Source of the DNA: Klebsormidium nitens
Taxonomy: Eukaryota; Plantae; Klebsormidiophyceae
Assembly (NCBI GenBank): GCA_000708835.1
Contig: DF237191.1
Span: 65,930-129,929, forward strand
DNA: 64,000 nucleotides
Reading direction: 5' to 3'
The position numbers and the translations under genes were made by a program. A model generated the notes under the pieces. The model was not told the DNA's origin. It did not search any database and was given only the letters and a program-made list of their open reading frames with translations. This document shows, piece by piece, positions 1 through 11,820 of the stretch. Positions within the stretch are counted from its first letter, which is position 1. The number at the start of each line of letters is the position of its first letter.

Positions 1-3000
1 GCACATCTTACCCCCCACCTTTTCGAAGGATCGCCATATTTGAGCGAAGACAAGCAGGAACTTAGATGAAGACTGGATACAATCGAATGGCGCATCTCAC
101 CCGCGCGCCTTGCCGCACCCGCACGTCGACGCCCCTGCTGTCGATGGAAATGAGCGCCGCGTCGTCCACTTCCTGGCCCAGCTCCTCCGCGAGGTGCCCG
201 CACAGGGGGTCCGAAAACTCGTTGTTCAGCACCTGGCAAGAGCAAAGACAAACAGCATCAGCTTCAAAGCTGGAAACCAAGGCCATTACTTTGTTCCATT
301 TGTAAAGCATCGTGCCAACACACCACCTAAGACAGGATAGGTCTGCGGCCGTGAACGCGGTAAAATTTTTGAAGGAGCGTCCGCGCATTCTGAAGACTCA
401 AGTCTCTCTGAAGGTGACCTGGTTTCTCTGTTTTACAGGACCGGAGACACCGTTCTTAGCACAGCAATGTCCTTCGCCCAAAAGGACGTTGAAGACGCTC
501 TTATACGAATAACCCATTTGTTCTGTGATAAGGACGGTCCAGGCTCAGGCGAAAAGTGATTGATAAAAGCCATTTGCATGTCGACTCTGCTGATACTACA
601 AAAATCTCGAGAGAGTTCCATGGGCGGACAGAAAGGGGTGGTGCAAAATCAGGAACGAAGAGCAACAGGAACTGAAATATTGCCCCGTTATCCAGACGGC
701 AGAAGTGCAACCAATCCAGCACGTTTTACCCCAGAAGCAGTGAGTGACGTAGCTTTGCTGACGCAACATAGGATCAGATCTTGTCTGCTAATACGTGATG
801 CTAAGATGTGAACTTTGACCAAACTCCCGCCTGGCAGTGCTGTGAACTCCTCCGTTCTCATTCGCGACTTCCCTACGTACAAACCCCCATGCTTACCTGG
901 AGCGTCTCGCTGACGTTCGAGGCAGCGATGATGTCCGGTTTCGCTGCGGAGTATTCCTTGACATCGACCCAAGCGACCGTCCCAAAGCCCCCTACGAAGT
1001 AGATATCGCTGCACGCGCAAAAAGGCAGCGCTTAGTATCAACAAACACTTGACGCTTTGAAGACTCGATAAAAACTTCCACAATCGGGTTAGGAACATCC
1101 GGTCATGTGCACACAGCCCGTCCGTTTGAGTGAAGGTCGGTGGCAGAAGCTGAATAAGGGTTCTAATCTTTGAAACAGTGAGCACCTCTCTGTTCGCAGA
1201 GCATTGACATAACAACAATGATAGGTACGCACCCGTCCGCTGATGCTGTTTACGAGGAAGGAAGTAAGCCATGCATCACGACACAAGCAAAAACTTTTGG
1301 GAGCATTTTGAAAGGGTTGAAAAAAGGACAATTTGTCCAACTGTCCGCTTTCTATTCCTCCGAGCAGCCTGCGCTTTCCGACAGCAACTCACCTAATATT
1401 AGCCATCCGGTAGAAGTAAAAGTTGCCCCACTGGAACGACGCCCCGTGGTTGTGCTTGGCGCTATGCAGCTTCTGTGCCCATTCCTGAAACAAAAGAGCA
1501 AGAGTCAACACGAGCAAGGGTGGAGCTTGGTAAGGCTCGCAGGGCTCTATTGGCCCGCCTGCCTGACCATTCACCGAATCAGAAGACAGAGCCGTCATCT
1601 TCTTCACGCCTCGTCTGCAAGTTGAACCGCAGTCGGACGGAGCCCCATGTCCGAAGGTCGAGATCGGCCGGGGAAGGAATGCCCCTAGACCTCCACACTG
1701 CGACCTTGCCCGCACAGCACACTAAAATTCTTGCACTCCGTCAGCGACTGGTAAAACCAAAGGTCAGGTTCTCAACCGCTCATTTTAAACAATGCGCGAG
1801 AACACGACAAGCATGGCAGAAGACTTTGCATCGACCACCCTCTGCGGTCGCCCTTTCTCACCTGCTGTTCCTGTGGCAGTGGGTACACGTCACCAAAGAT
1901 GGTCACGCGCGCGTTGGCGAGCCCGGACCAGCCTGGAATCTGAACGACGAGCGTGCACCGGGGGTCGGCCAAAATGTTTCGGGTGTGGATGGCGAGAGGG
2001 GAGAGGGAGAAGATCGGATCTGCACCAGATGAATGCGGCTAATCAACGTAAGTCGCGATTATGATGAGTGTAAATGCTTTGGGGTGGAGGAGTAGAGGGA
2101 TTTGGTTCTGTTTTGCAGTAAATGCGGATGAGGCAATGTAACAATACGAGCTCTCCAAAACGACGCACCAAGTTGACGACAAGCTGTGTGGCTGATTTGA
2201 CAAGAAGGAAGTTACCTGGACCAAAAGCTAACGTCACCACAAGAAAGTCACTGCGTCTACAGGATATGCAACAACTTGTCCATTGGCCTCAATGGATCTG
2301 AAACTGAGACTCATGTAGTCCCATGGTTCTTACAATCATTGCCAATCGCGAGGATCATCAAGGAGCCGTAGAGACTGCACCTAAAAGGGTTTCAATATCG
2401 CTGTTGCGTACTCAACAGGACAGTTCGAAGTAGAAAGAAGGAATTGCAAGACGTGAAAAGCGAAACACGAGTTAACCCATCTGATATGAGAGCTGCATTC
2501 CTTATTCTCTAGAGAGTCAAGAAGGTAAACGCATCAATGCTTTTACCCTGGACGGTCAAAGAGAGAAATGTTTGCTGAAGGGGTACCAACCAATGTCGGG
2601 TTGATACCTAGGGCTTCAATCGACGACCCAGAGTCTGAGACTTCGGAAAAAGTCCCACGATGTTTCAGTCATAGCCGTCAGGAAGAGATTACGAGCAGAT
2701 GCGCGTGCTTTCTTAGCTGTCACTTCAGAGAAGCATGCTGAAACGCTTGCAAATTTCCGGGAACATACTGGCAATTGCGCCTCGGTAAAGTAGTAGTGCA
2801 GCCATGAGTCAGCTAATACAATCATTATGAATTGGGGATGATTACAGTAGAACATCGCCCGCGTTTCAGTCATTCGCGAGTACTTCCATCGGCAGGCCGC
2901 CTCTTTCAAAGTCGTTTGCGGTCTACAGAATCACCAATAAGGAAAGAGAGTTTTGCAAACCATGATGACGATTAATGGGAACCAAAGAACGAGTTGCAAA

Positions 3001-5703
3001 TGAGCAGACAGCGTCCATGAATGATCCTCGTCGACGTCGGTGCCCGTGCCCAATTCGAAAAGCTGTGGGAATGCATCCTTGTAGTATGTGACCAGGGTGA
3101 GGGAATACAAAATCTGAACGGCAAATACTGAGACCGAAGCAAACCTTGACACCAACGCTCCGCAGTGTCGGGACAATCATAGCCAGACTCGAGGGAAAGG
3201 CAGAACCCGAAAATTTAAGCTGGAAAGGCCTCCTGATCCCACAATCTCTATCCAGCGGCGTGTATCAAGTACGACTCTTTGCTCAGAAGCATCCGCGAAG
3301 AGGACACAGAGCAGAGTCTGCAGCGCGTGCATGGTGTGGAGTAAGTATTGTCAAAAAGCGCATCCTTTCGAGCGATGCATGGCTCTCGCCATCTTCGACC
3401 AATAATGCACATGAGCAGTTTCAAGCAGACAGGACCAGAGTAAACCAACTGGCTTCGATGCGGATAACACTTGGCGTTGACCAAGCCGCGCAAGGGGGGA
3501 AGTCATCATTGCCAACGGTGCTTTGGAGAGTTTGATATGCTCGACTCGCGCCTACTCAAAAGATTGACACTACTGAAGGACGTTGGACGTCATTTGATCG
3601 TCTAGCTAGGAAAAAGGAGCGTCCCGCCTATGAGCCCCAAGCATGATGCTCCCGGGAATCGAGACAAACTCCATTGCTTTTTGTTCCTGCTCCTTGTCAC
3701 ACAAGCATTCGCTGCGTGGTCGTCAGCCCCCTCAGGATTTGAAAGCTTATGCAGGTTTGGCGAAGCCGCTGACAACACAAGAGGGGCTGCCGCGGTGATA
3801 TCTGGGGGGCGGGGACCCAAACCGAAAAGCCCAGAAAGTAAAAGAAAGTAAGAGGGGCTGCCGCCTTACGTCCTTCCTCGTCGGTTGTGAAGTCCACCAG
3901 CGAGCCAAAGGGGTAGCCTCGCCTGCGGTGGTGCATGCGCGACATCACAGTGCACAGGTGGGCGTACTTGGCCTGCAAAAACCACCCAGAACATTCAGGA
4001 AAGGGGACGCTAGACATCCATCGATGACCTGCGCCATCGACTGTTGGCGATGGACCAAATTACGGCCACTCGCGGACTGACATCTGGCACCATGTTTATC
4101 CAGACACTTCTGTCGCAGGGGCAATACAAGAAAGATACGGAGGTGCCGGTGTTGTCAAGGATAACTGAAGACAGAGATCCTAGGTCTGCCAAGGGGTACC
4201 AACGACCAGGATCGCAGTGCAAAAGATCGCCCCCAAGAACAATTCTGAATTTCACTGATGTGGAATATGCAAGTCGCCAAGCACACCTGCCGCCACAGCC
4301 ACCCGAACACCGCTGTGTAGAGCGCAGCATTTAGGATGAAATGTGGAAGACAGCTTTTCATGTGTAATGAAACTTGGCTCACCTGAGCAACCAGGTTCCG
4401 GACAGCTACCGCAGGCGGGGGCAATCCATGCGACGACGTGGCACTTTGCACCCCCCCTGAAATGGGGGTACGGAACAGACCAGACCTGCCTGCATTTGTT
4501 GGGCTTGGTGGCCCCCCCTGCTTGATTGGGGGTGGGCTGGGAACAGACAAATGGTTGGGGGAGTCTATGGTTCGCAGCTGGTAATAAGCCTGCAGACAGA
4601 ATTAGCTTCGATGAGGGCAGCATTCAGCAAACGGACAGGCTAAAGAAGTCCACAATAACTGCATTTCTTTCTTTGTGAGAGGTTTGAGAGGACACACAGA
4701 GCATGTACCAGAAGGGAAGTATGCTCTCAACAACCTCCTGGTCTAGGAAGACGATCAGGCAGACTGGATCATGCTAGATGATCCCTCTGACCCACCTTTC
4801 AGGCCTGCATTTCTGAGATGCGCATCAGTCTTGGAAAATTCAAAGTGTGACACAATACAGGTATAATGCTTGATCAGTGCACGATCGCTTTGCCACCAAT
4901 GGGTGTTTTTCAACAAGCAACGATACATCGGTGGCAAAAACACAAGCTACCAAAACTCCTCGCAGTTCAAACAGACTGACAGCCTGAAACATTCTCCAAC
5001 ATCGATTGCAACTTATCGTGAGCATTTCACCGAATCCTGCAGCAGAACCGCTACAGCGCAATGTTGATCCTGAGACCTCTGAGAGGACAAGTTTTCCACT
5101 CGCTCGTCTTCCTTCATGAGCGAGCAAAATGAGTTTGCTTTGGAGCTGGTAAAGGTGGTCGAGGATACGTGCCAACCGCTCAAATAAGTAGTTAGAAGCT
5201 CAGAGTAACTAAAATGTCTCTGTGCCTCATTTACAAAGTCACATTACCATCAAGAAGGGTGGTGCGAAATTCTGAAAGAGTACATTGCGGCTTATTGGGA
5301 AACACAAGCTTCAGAGATGTGAAACTTGAAGAAAGTCCAGCAAATCACTCACAACTTCAGGCGTCGGTTCCAGGAACTCAATCGGCAAGTCTGCCACACC
5401 ATCCGTGTCGTCCGAGTCCTCCTCTCCTTGGGCCCTCGCTCCCGTGCTTTTTGAAACCCTAACCCGTCCACTCGATCCCCTCTCCGCGTTTTGCGCCCAG
5501 CTAACCCCCTGGACTTCCCGCCCGAAAAGAGAGCTCCTCAAAGGGGCGAGCTTCTTTGCCCCCGTGGCCCTGTAGAGGTGCGCGCCAAAATCAGGATTGG
5601 CGGAGTTGTAAGATGTGGATGCCCGGCTTTCTGCCTCGTGGGAGGCAGCAGAAGGGTTCCAGGCAGACACGTGCGGCTGAAGGGCGACGCGAGAGGCCGC
5701 CAT
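1..5703 (-). CDS. Pyridoxamine 5'-phosphate oxidase family / HugZ-like FMN-binding split-barrel protein (Arabidopsis At1g51560/At3g21140-like) with a probable plastid transit peptide; the 3' end runs off the window
   Basis: GT-AG exons at ~5326-5703 (Ser/Ala-rich transit-like start), 4383-4489 (GLFRTPISGGVQSATSSHGLPPPAVAVRNL), ~3870-3972 (YAHLCTVMSRMHHRRRGYPFGSLVDF), ~1864-2019 (HPIFSLSPLAIHTRNILADPRCTLVVQIPGWSGLANARVTIFGDVYPLP), ~1394-1477 (QWGNFYFYRM), 897-1008 (DIYFVGGFGTVAWVDVKEY) and ~101-230 (VDDAALISIDSRGVDVRVRQGA). These motifs match the plant family as I recall it. The phase mismatch between exon 1 and the 4489 exon implies an unresolved small exon in 4500-5300. Confidence 0.88.
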
Positions 5704-5769
5704 GGCGCTGCTGTACTTGTCTCCGCCTGAGGCTGAGGCGCTGTTTCTTCCTCTGAAGCTTAAAGCTTC

Positions 5770-5890
5770 GCGCGAGTGGACGCGCGCTTTACGGCATTTG
5801 GGCCGCGGCCGCCAAGCCTACAGGCCCGCGGCCGCCCCTACCGCCCGGGCGCGGCCCGACGACCTACAGTAGCCGCGGGGCCCAGAAGAA
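5770..5890. promoter_or_regulatory. GC/CpG-rich promoter-like island upstream of gene 1
   Basis: Very GC-rich stretch (gccgcggccgcc, cccgccgggcgcggccc) just upstream of the ATG at 5703. Similar islands precede other genes in the window. Confidence 0.4.
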
Positions 5891-6185
5891 TTCAAAATTT
5901 TATTAGGATGTTCGAGGACCACAGTTCCCACTTAGCCAGACGTTCGCTGCCTTCAAGCTCAGGGCGCAAAGGAGAATCCAGACAAATCACGAATGACTAA
6001 GACGTTACGTAACGTGCACTACTCGCAGCTGTTCTGTCGATGGCTTCTGTTCAATCTGTTCTGACACTGGGAAGGCAGGAAGCTCGATGGGCGGCGCCAT
6101 GCTTCGTCGGCGAAAGCCTTTGATGCTGTCGACTGGGACCTTCTCGTGTCAGCTAAGATGGGCTCGAGTCTGTTACAGCAGTTTG

Positions 6186-6470
6186 TGCCCGGTTGCGATC
6201 GATAGATAGGGTCAATTTAACTTTAGTTTTGGCTGAATCTAGTGTAAGTTTAGGTACGTTTCCAGATTAGTTGACGTATGATCTTGGAGGGCATCTCAAC
6301 ACGTGGAAGATTCTCGCACGTCGGATGGACCTGCCCAGAGCCTCTACGGCTCGATGGTCACCCCTTTTCTACCTCGCCGGCTGAGATGTTAGATGACGTC
6401 AAAGCAATAGCTAAAGATTGGCTGATATTTAGTATCTAAATAGACCCTATCTATTGATTGCAACCGGGCA
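6186..6470. mobile_element. MITE-like element bounded by ~34-bp imperfect terminal inverted repeats
   Basis: tgcccggttgcgatcgatagatagggtcaattta (6186-6219) against the reverse complement of 6437-6470, tgcccggttgcaatcaatagatagggtctattta: 3 mismatches in 34 bp. The interior is non-coding. No clear target-site duplication. Confidence 0.6.
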
Positions 6471-7013
6471 GCTTGCCCCGAAAATGCTGTAGACTCCCCC
6501 GTTGACGAAGCATCAATCCGCTAATTTAGTCGTATGATGTGTCTAAGATAGGATCCGTATCTAGAAATGCTGACGTGGAAAATCAAGTCTTGTGTATAGT
6601 CCGCACTGACTTGAGAGTTGTCGGCCTCAGGCCTGCTAGGCCGCGCACCCGTTGATGGCGCTTTCAACAGAGTAGGTTCTGCTTAACTTATTTTCGAGAA
6701 AACCTGGTACGTACGTTCTGATAAGCAAAAACTCGAATATACTTTGCAGACTATACCTTTCGCAGAGATCTCTTCCGAGAAGCGCACATTGACAGGCGCA
6801 GAAAAAGCCATGCAGAGAGATCGCCGTAGCTGGGGGCAGCTGTAGATTTTGGCGGGAAACACGCAGGGGCGTAAGACGCCAGTTGAAAGTACCGCGCTTC
6901 TGAAGAAAGTCCACTGCAACTCTTTGCACTCCTGCAGAAACGACTTGAACGAATCAACCGGTTTTTTAACCAACAAAAAAGTCTTCTTCTAACAGCAACA
7001 CAAGCCCATCAGC

Positions 7014-10000
7014 ATGCAAGCGGCGCAGCCAGGAGCAGTGGCTTTCCCGCAAGGTGTGGTTCCGGGCGGAATGCCTTCACAGCAAACGGACGAAAGAGAA
7101 CAGCTTGGCCAGGCGTTTGTTGATGCCTCGCATACAGCGGCACCTGAACTCGGCATGCAGGGGCAATTCGCAGGCATTGAGCAGAGTTTGTGGAACCAGA
7201 TCACGCAATTGGTGGGGAGCGAAGCTGGGGAAATGTTACGTGGCAGTCTGCTCCTCTCGCCGAACCAGGAAGCCGTGAGAAAGTTTCTGTTGGCCGGGGG
7301 GGTGGCTCAGACTCCGACGCAGCAGGGAGAGATTCAGGGGGATCAACCAAGCATGCAATGGCAGGCAGGTTGCGGAGCCCAAGAACCGCCGTCCGCGTTT
7401 CCGATGCAGGACGTTCCGTTTGAGCCCTCGAGCGGAGCCGGAACCGGGAGCCAAGAGGCGTCTCTCAGCGCATGGGAACTAGGAGGGCCGCCAACGGATG
7501 CAGTGACGTCAGGAGAAGCGGTGACGTCAGAGAAGCATCTCGAGCGCCAGAATGCATTCAGAATTCCATTCGGCGGGCACACCTTCGATTCGGAAGCCGT
7601 TCCGCAACCCCTCCACCTTGAACCTCTCAGTCCCGACGGTCGGTCTCCTGAGAATACCCAAGCAGTTAAGACTTTCCAAGAGGGACAACAGTGGGTAAAC
7701 CTCCAAAGCGGTCAGGAAACCGTGCGCCAAGGAATGGGTGGCCACTTTGCTAACGTGGCAAGCACTCAGGATCCCATCAACGTCCAATCGATGCCAAGCC
7801 CCAAGACTGCTTCGAAGGGCGACGCAACATGCGGTCCGCAAGGGGAGGTGTCCCCTCTGGCTGCGCTGCTGCGCACCTTCATCGCGACCGGCTTCGAGCG
7901 ACAGCCCTCAGAGAGTGCGCCTCAGGGCGGTGCTTTCGGATTTACTCCCCCGGCCCCTTCAAAGGGCTTCCCGGCGCAGACATTTCCTGCGCAAAAGCAA
8001 CCGGGGGGGCAGCCTTCTGTCCTCGGAGAATTGGGAACGAAGCAATCGGAAGAAGCGCGAAACATGCCTCAGGAAAACATTCTGCCCGAGCAAGTTTTAA
8101 GTGGGGTCTTTTCGGGTCAGCCGCTGCCGAATCCAAACGGAGGTTTCCCGAGGGATCCCTCTCAAGGGGGCAGCCAGCAATACCAGCCGGGGCAGTTCTC
8201 CGGTTGGCAGTCTCTAGCCGGCCAGCCTCCCGGAGAACAGAATGTGACGGGGGGTCGGCAAACGGTAGAGGCGCTCGGTGGGCAGGGTCCAACCGGTGGG
8301 CGAACACCGGTTGGTGGGCAGTTCTCGTTCGGTGGGCCGTTTTCGCGCGGTGGGGAGTTCCCGGGTAGTGAGCAGATTCCAGTTGGACAAGATGGGGAGA
8401 AGAGTCGTATCGGCTTCCAGAACGACCAGCGTCAAAGCGGAAATGTCGAGAACGCAGGCCTTCCAAGTGGGCACTTCTTGAGTGCTGGGAGTTCTGGTGG
8501 GCAGTTCGCCGGGGCGTATCTGCAGGCAGGGGGTGCAACGTCTCAGGTAAACCTTACATTCGTTATCCTCTGGCAGAACTTGGCAAGAACCGCGGTTGAG
8601 AGAAATGAAAACATGGAAGATTGACTCTAACGATAGCCTTTCAAAACAGCCTCTAGACCTGGATACTCACCGCCGATGCTGTGATTTGTGGACGACTTTC
8701 TGTGGACACTTTGCAGAAGACTACTACATTGTCCATCTTGCAGCACTTTATAAATAGAATTTTCAAACGGACTGCAACCACATCGTTTCAGAAGCCTCGT
8801 GGTAATCGAATTTCCCGTCTAGTTTTAAAGTCGAAAATAGGGCACAGTTTTGTCTCCTCTTTCCGACGACGTTACACCGTTCTGCAGGCCCCTTTTCCCG
8901 GCGGTTCATCACCTTCCGGACAAATTCCAAGAACTCCAGGAGCGTTTCCGAGCGGGCAACCTCCACAAATTTTCAATGAAGCGCCTCTGCAGACACCTTT
9001 CCCGCCCGCTTTTGCCGCGTCGAACCCGGATACCCAATTGGGGGGGCCGTTCACTCCGTCGCAACAACCCACTCCGCAGCGCGTTCCGGCCAGCGGACCA
9101 ACGGAACTGTACCCCGCTCCAAAAGCTCCGACTCAGATCGTTCACCAGCACTTTCAACCGGCACAAAGCGTCCCGGCGAATCCAAACCTGCTGTCGCCGA
9201 TAAGCCTTCCCGCCGCACGGGGCCCTCTCCCGGATATGCGGCGCGGGCCCCTATTCTCACAGATGCAAGCCCCGCCTTTTTTCCCGGGTCAAGTAAATCT
9301 TTACCCGGGTCAAGTTAATCCCGCCGGACCCGCCGCCCAAGGTCCAATTAGAGCCCAGTTCGCGTTCGCAACACCGTTCCAGAACGCCTTCCGGCCAAGC
9401 GGTTACCAATCGGCGCAGTTTCCGGTGCCCGGTCCAAGCCCCCAGTTCTTTCCACGGGGCCAACGACCGGCAACTTTTCGCCGGCCAGCCTCTGTGCCCC
9501 CGAACGTTCCGTCGTTCCGCCCGGGGGAGCGCTTCCGTCCGTCCGGTCCGCTGCCGCCCCAGAATGTGGCCTACCGAGGAACTACGTGGCGAAGTGACGG
9601 ATGGACTCCCAGGTTTGGTCCCCCGGGTGGAGGTTTCGGGAGAGGGGCCCCCAGGGGAGGAAGAGGGTGGCGCGGGGGTTCGCGCTTTCGAGTGCCTGAT
9701 AGAGGGAATCAGCCCGAGGTGAGGAATGCTTGGAACTTCTGGACATTCTAAGTCTTATGTTTGATAAGACAGGTACTTCAGATTGAAAAAGACCATAATC
9801 ATCCAAATGAAGTACGTGATCTGGTTCTAGATTTCGTAGTCTGCGCCCCAACAGCATCGACGTTCCGACGGGCTTATCCTTGCTCCAATGGCGCATGTTG
9901 GCGTTCAAGTGTCTCGTTGTTTGCATCGAGACCCATCTGTGCCGACTCTGCATTGGTCCTCTGATGTTCCAAGGTTCAAGTGGTGTCATATCTCTCTATA

Positions 10001-10941
10001 GGAAGTCGAGTTGGTCATGTTACATTTTTGAATCTTTCTTTATAAACAGATGATTGGCTACCTTTGACTGACTGGTTGAACCATTGTCTCGTCGTGTGCA
10101 GCGCCCGGCGTACGGACCGCGTCCGCGGTATGTACCGTACGTTCGCAGCGACGTCCTGCTGCGTCAGCGCATGACCTTCGAGCACGTGCCCCGAAAACGT
10201 CAGCACGAGGAGGAGGAGGCGGCACGTGACGAGAAGCGCGCGCATGCGCCTGACGAGAAGAACAAAGACGAAATCTCGCTCGAGAGCAGCGCGGAATCCG
10301 TGCAGAAAGATAAGAACAGGGGCGGAAGCGCGGAATCGGGTGTCGTCGAGAAGGCGAAAGACGAAGACCGCGAGAGAGAAGAGCCGGGGAAGCAAGAAGA
10401 ACGGGGGGCGAGCGAATTGCCCGGTAAAGAGGACCGGGTGGTTCCAAAGCGGACGCATGTCAGGTTTTCGGAGGAGCAAGGGGGAGCGGAAACGGCGGAG
10501 GAGCAGAACGGAACGGCCGGAGAGGCGGAAGGAGAACCGGTGCAAAGTCCGGCGGTCGTGAATGCTGTTCCTGGAAGGGGAGGACATGAAACAGGAAAGA
10601 AAGCAGTGGCCTTCACGGAGAGAAGTGAGCTCACCAGAAACGGGCAGGAGCGGAACGCGGATCCGACCGGAACCCGGAACGCGGGTTCCGGTCAGCGAGC
10701 GGAAGGAGCATTACCTGGGGCGCCCCCCGTCCAGAATGCTGTGTCGAACGCACTCCCAAGACCGATGCAACCTCAATTTCAAAAAGCAGCAAACAGGTAT
10801 ATGTCGCAACGGGGAAAAGTCGGTGTGGACGGAGCAGCAGCGGATGCGCATATGCCGCAGCGAAACAAAGCGGCGGGAGCAGCCGTGACGTCGTATACGG
10901 GTCAGGTTCTGGAAGCCGCGGCGCTTTTGGGTGCGATTTGA
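7014..10941 (+). CDS. Large intrinsically disordered P/G/Q-rich protein with an RGG box, function unknown (~1070 aa)
   Basis: Three long ORFs join in phase 0 at canonical sites: 7014-~8546 (TCTCAG|gtaaac), ~8888-9718 (ctgcag|GCC ... GAG|gtgagg) and ~10101-10941 (gtgcag|CGC). Contains GFGRGAPRGGRGWRGG. An acceptor-like ctaacag at ~6995 suggests an upstream exon, and the C-terminus is uncertain. Confidence 0.7.
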
Positions 10942-11820
10942 GGTCCATGTGAAGGTCCACATCGCTGGTAGATAATGAACATAGGCTAGGTGAGCATGAG
11001 ATATAGTGCTACATGTCATAGTCATCTGAAGCGGCTCAGCTACTTTCTTTCTCCATTCTGTAGCGCGGACCTGAGTAGTCACAAGATGTAAATCTCCTAA
11101 GATGCTATATCCTCATGTCTATAATTCAGTCTGCGGATGCAATGGTGTCCTACGGAGGATTTTGAAAAGTTGCAAACCCTCCATTTCAATCATGAGGATT
11201 GTTGATTTTGGGCAATTGATCGACAGGTTTGCATTCTCCACTTAAAAGCTGTATATCATCGCAATCCAGATATGATCATGACGCAACTTGTCTCTGGGGC
11301 CCACATTGAGATCTCAAACCCCGAAGATTGGACGCATGCAGAGTTCTGCTAGTACCAATAGCATTGTACGTGGCATGTGTGCACCTGTCGACCACTTATC
11401 TCAACTACTCTCATGCTAGGCTTTCAAGATTCTCGTCGACTTGCAGATACACGTATGACAAATCTCCTTATCTTATGCAACATTGCTCCCGTTGAGTGAA
11501 TCTAAAATGAACTTTGAAACAAGTAGCTGCTGTGGCTGCAAAGCCTGAACGCTCCCGAGTTCCGCAAACACTGAGTTTCTACAATCATTTTGCATGCTAT
11601 AATATGGGCAATGATTCGCTTAAGAACAGATTGGATTGCAGAATGCTGGTCAACATCTGCTCATAGTACGTTCTACTGTCATAAGAATCACCACCTTCAC
11701 TACACAAATACTCCACCTGATCTGCACACTGTTTTCAAGCGCAGAAAGTGGCTCTACATTGGTAATTGCCCCTGCCTCTTATAATCCAGGTGACTGATCG
11801 GGAATTATTACCCGGCTCTT

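Noticed and set aside
7527-10960. Many overlapping antisense and alternate-frame ORFs (e.g. 7942-8538, 10015-10587, 10200-10634)
   Set aside because: They are shadows of GC-rich low-complexity coding exons, with no independent motifs.
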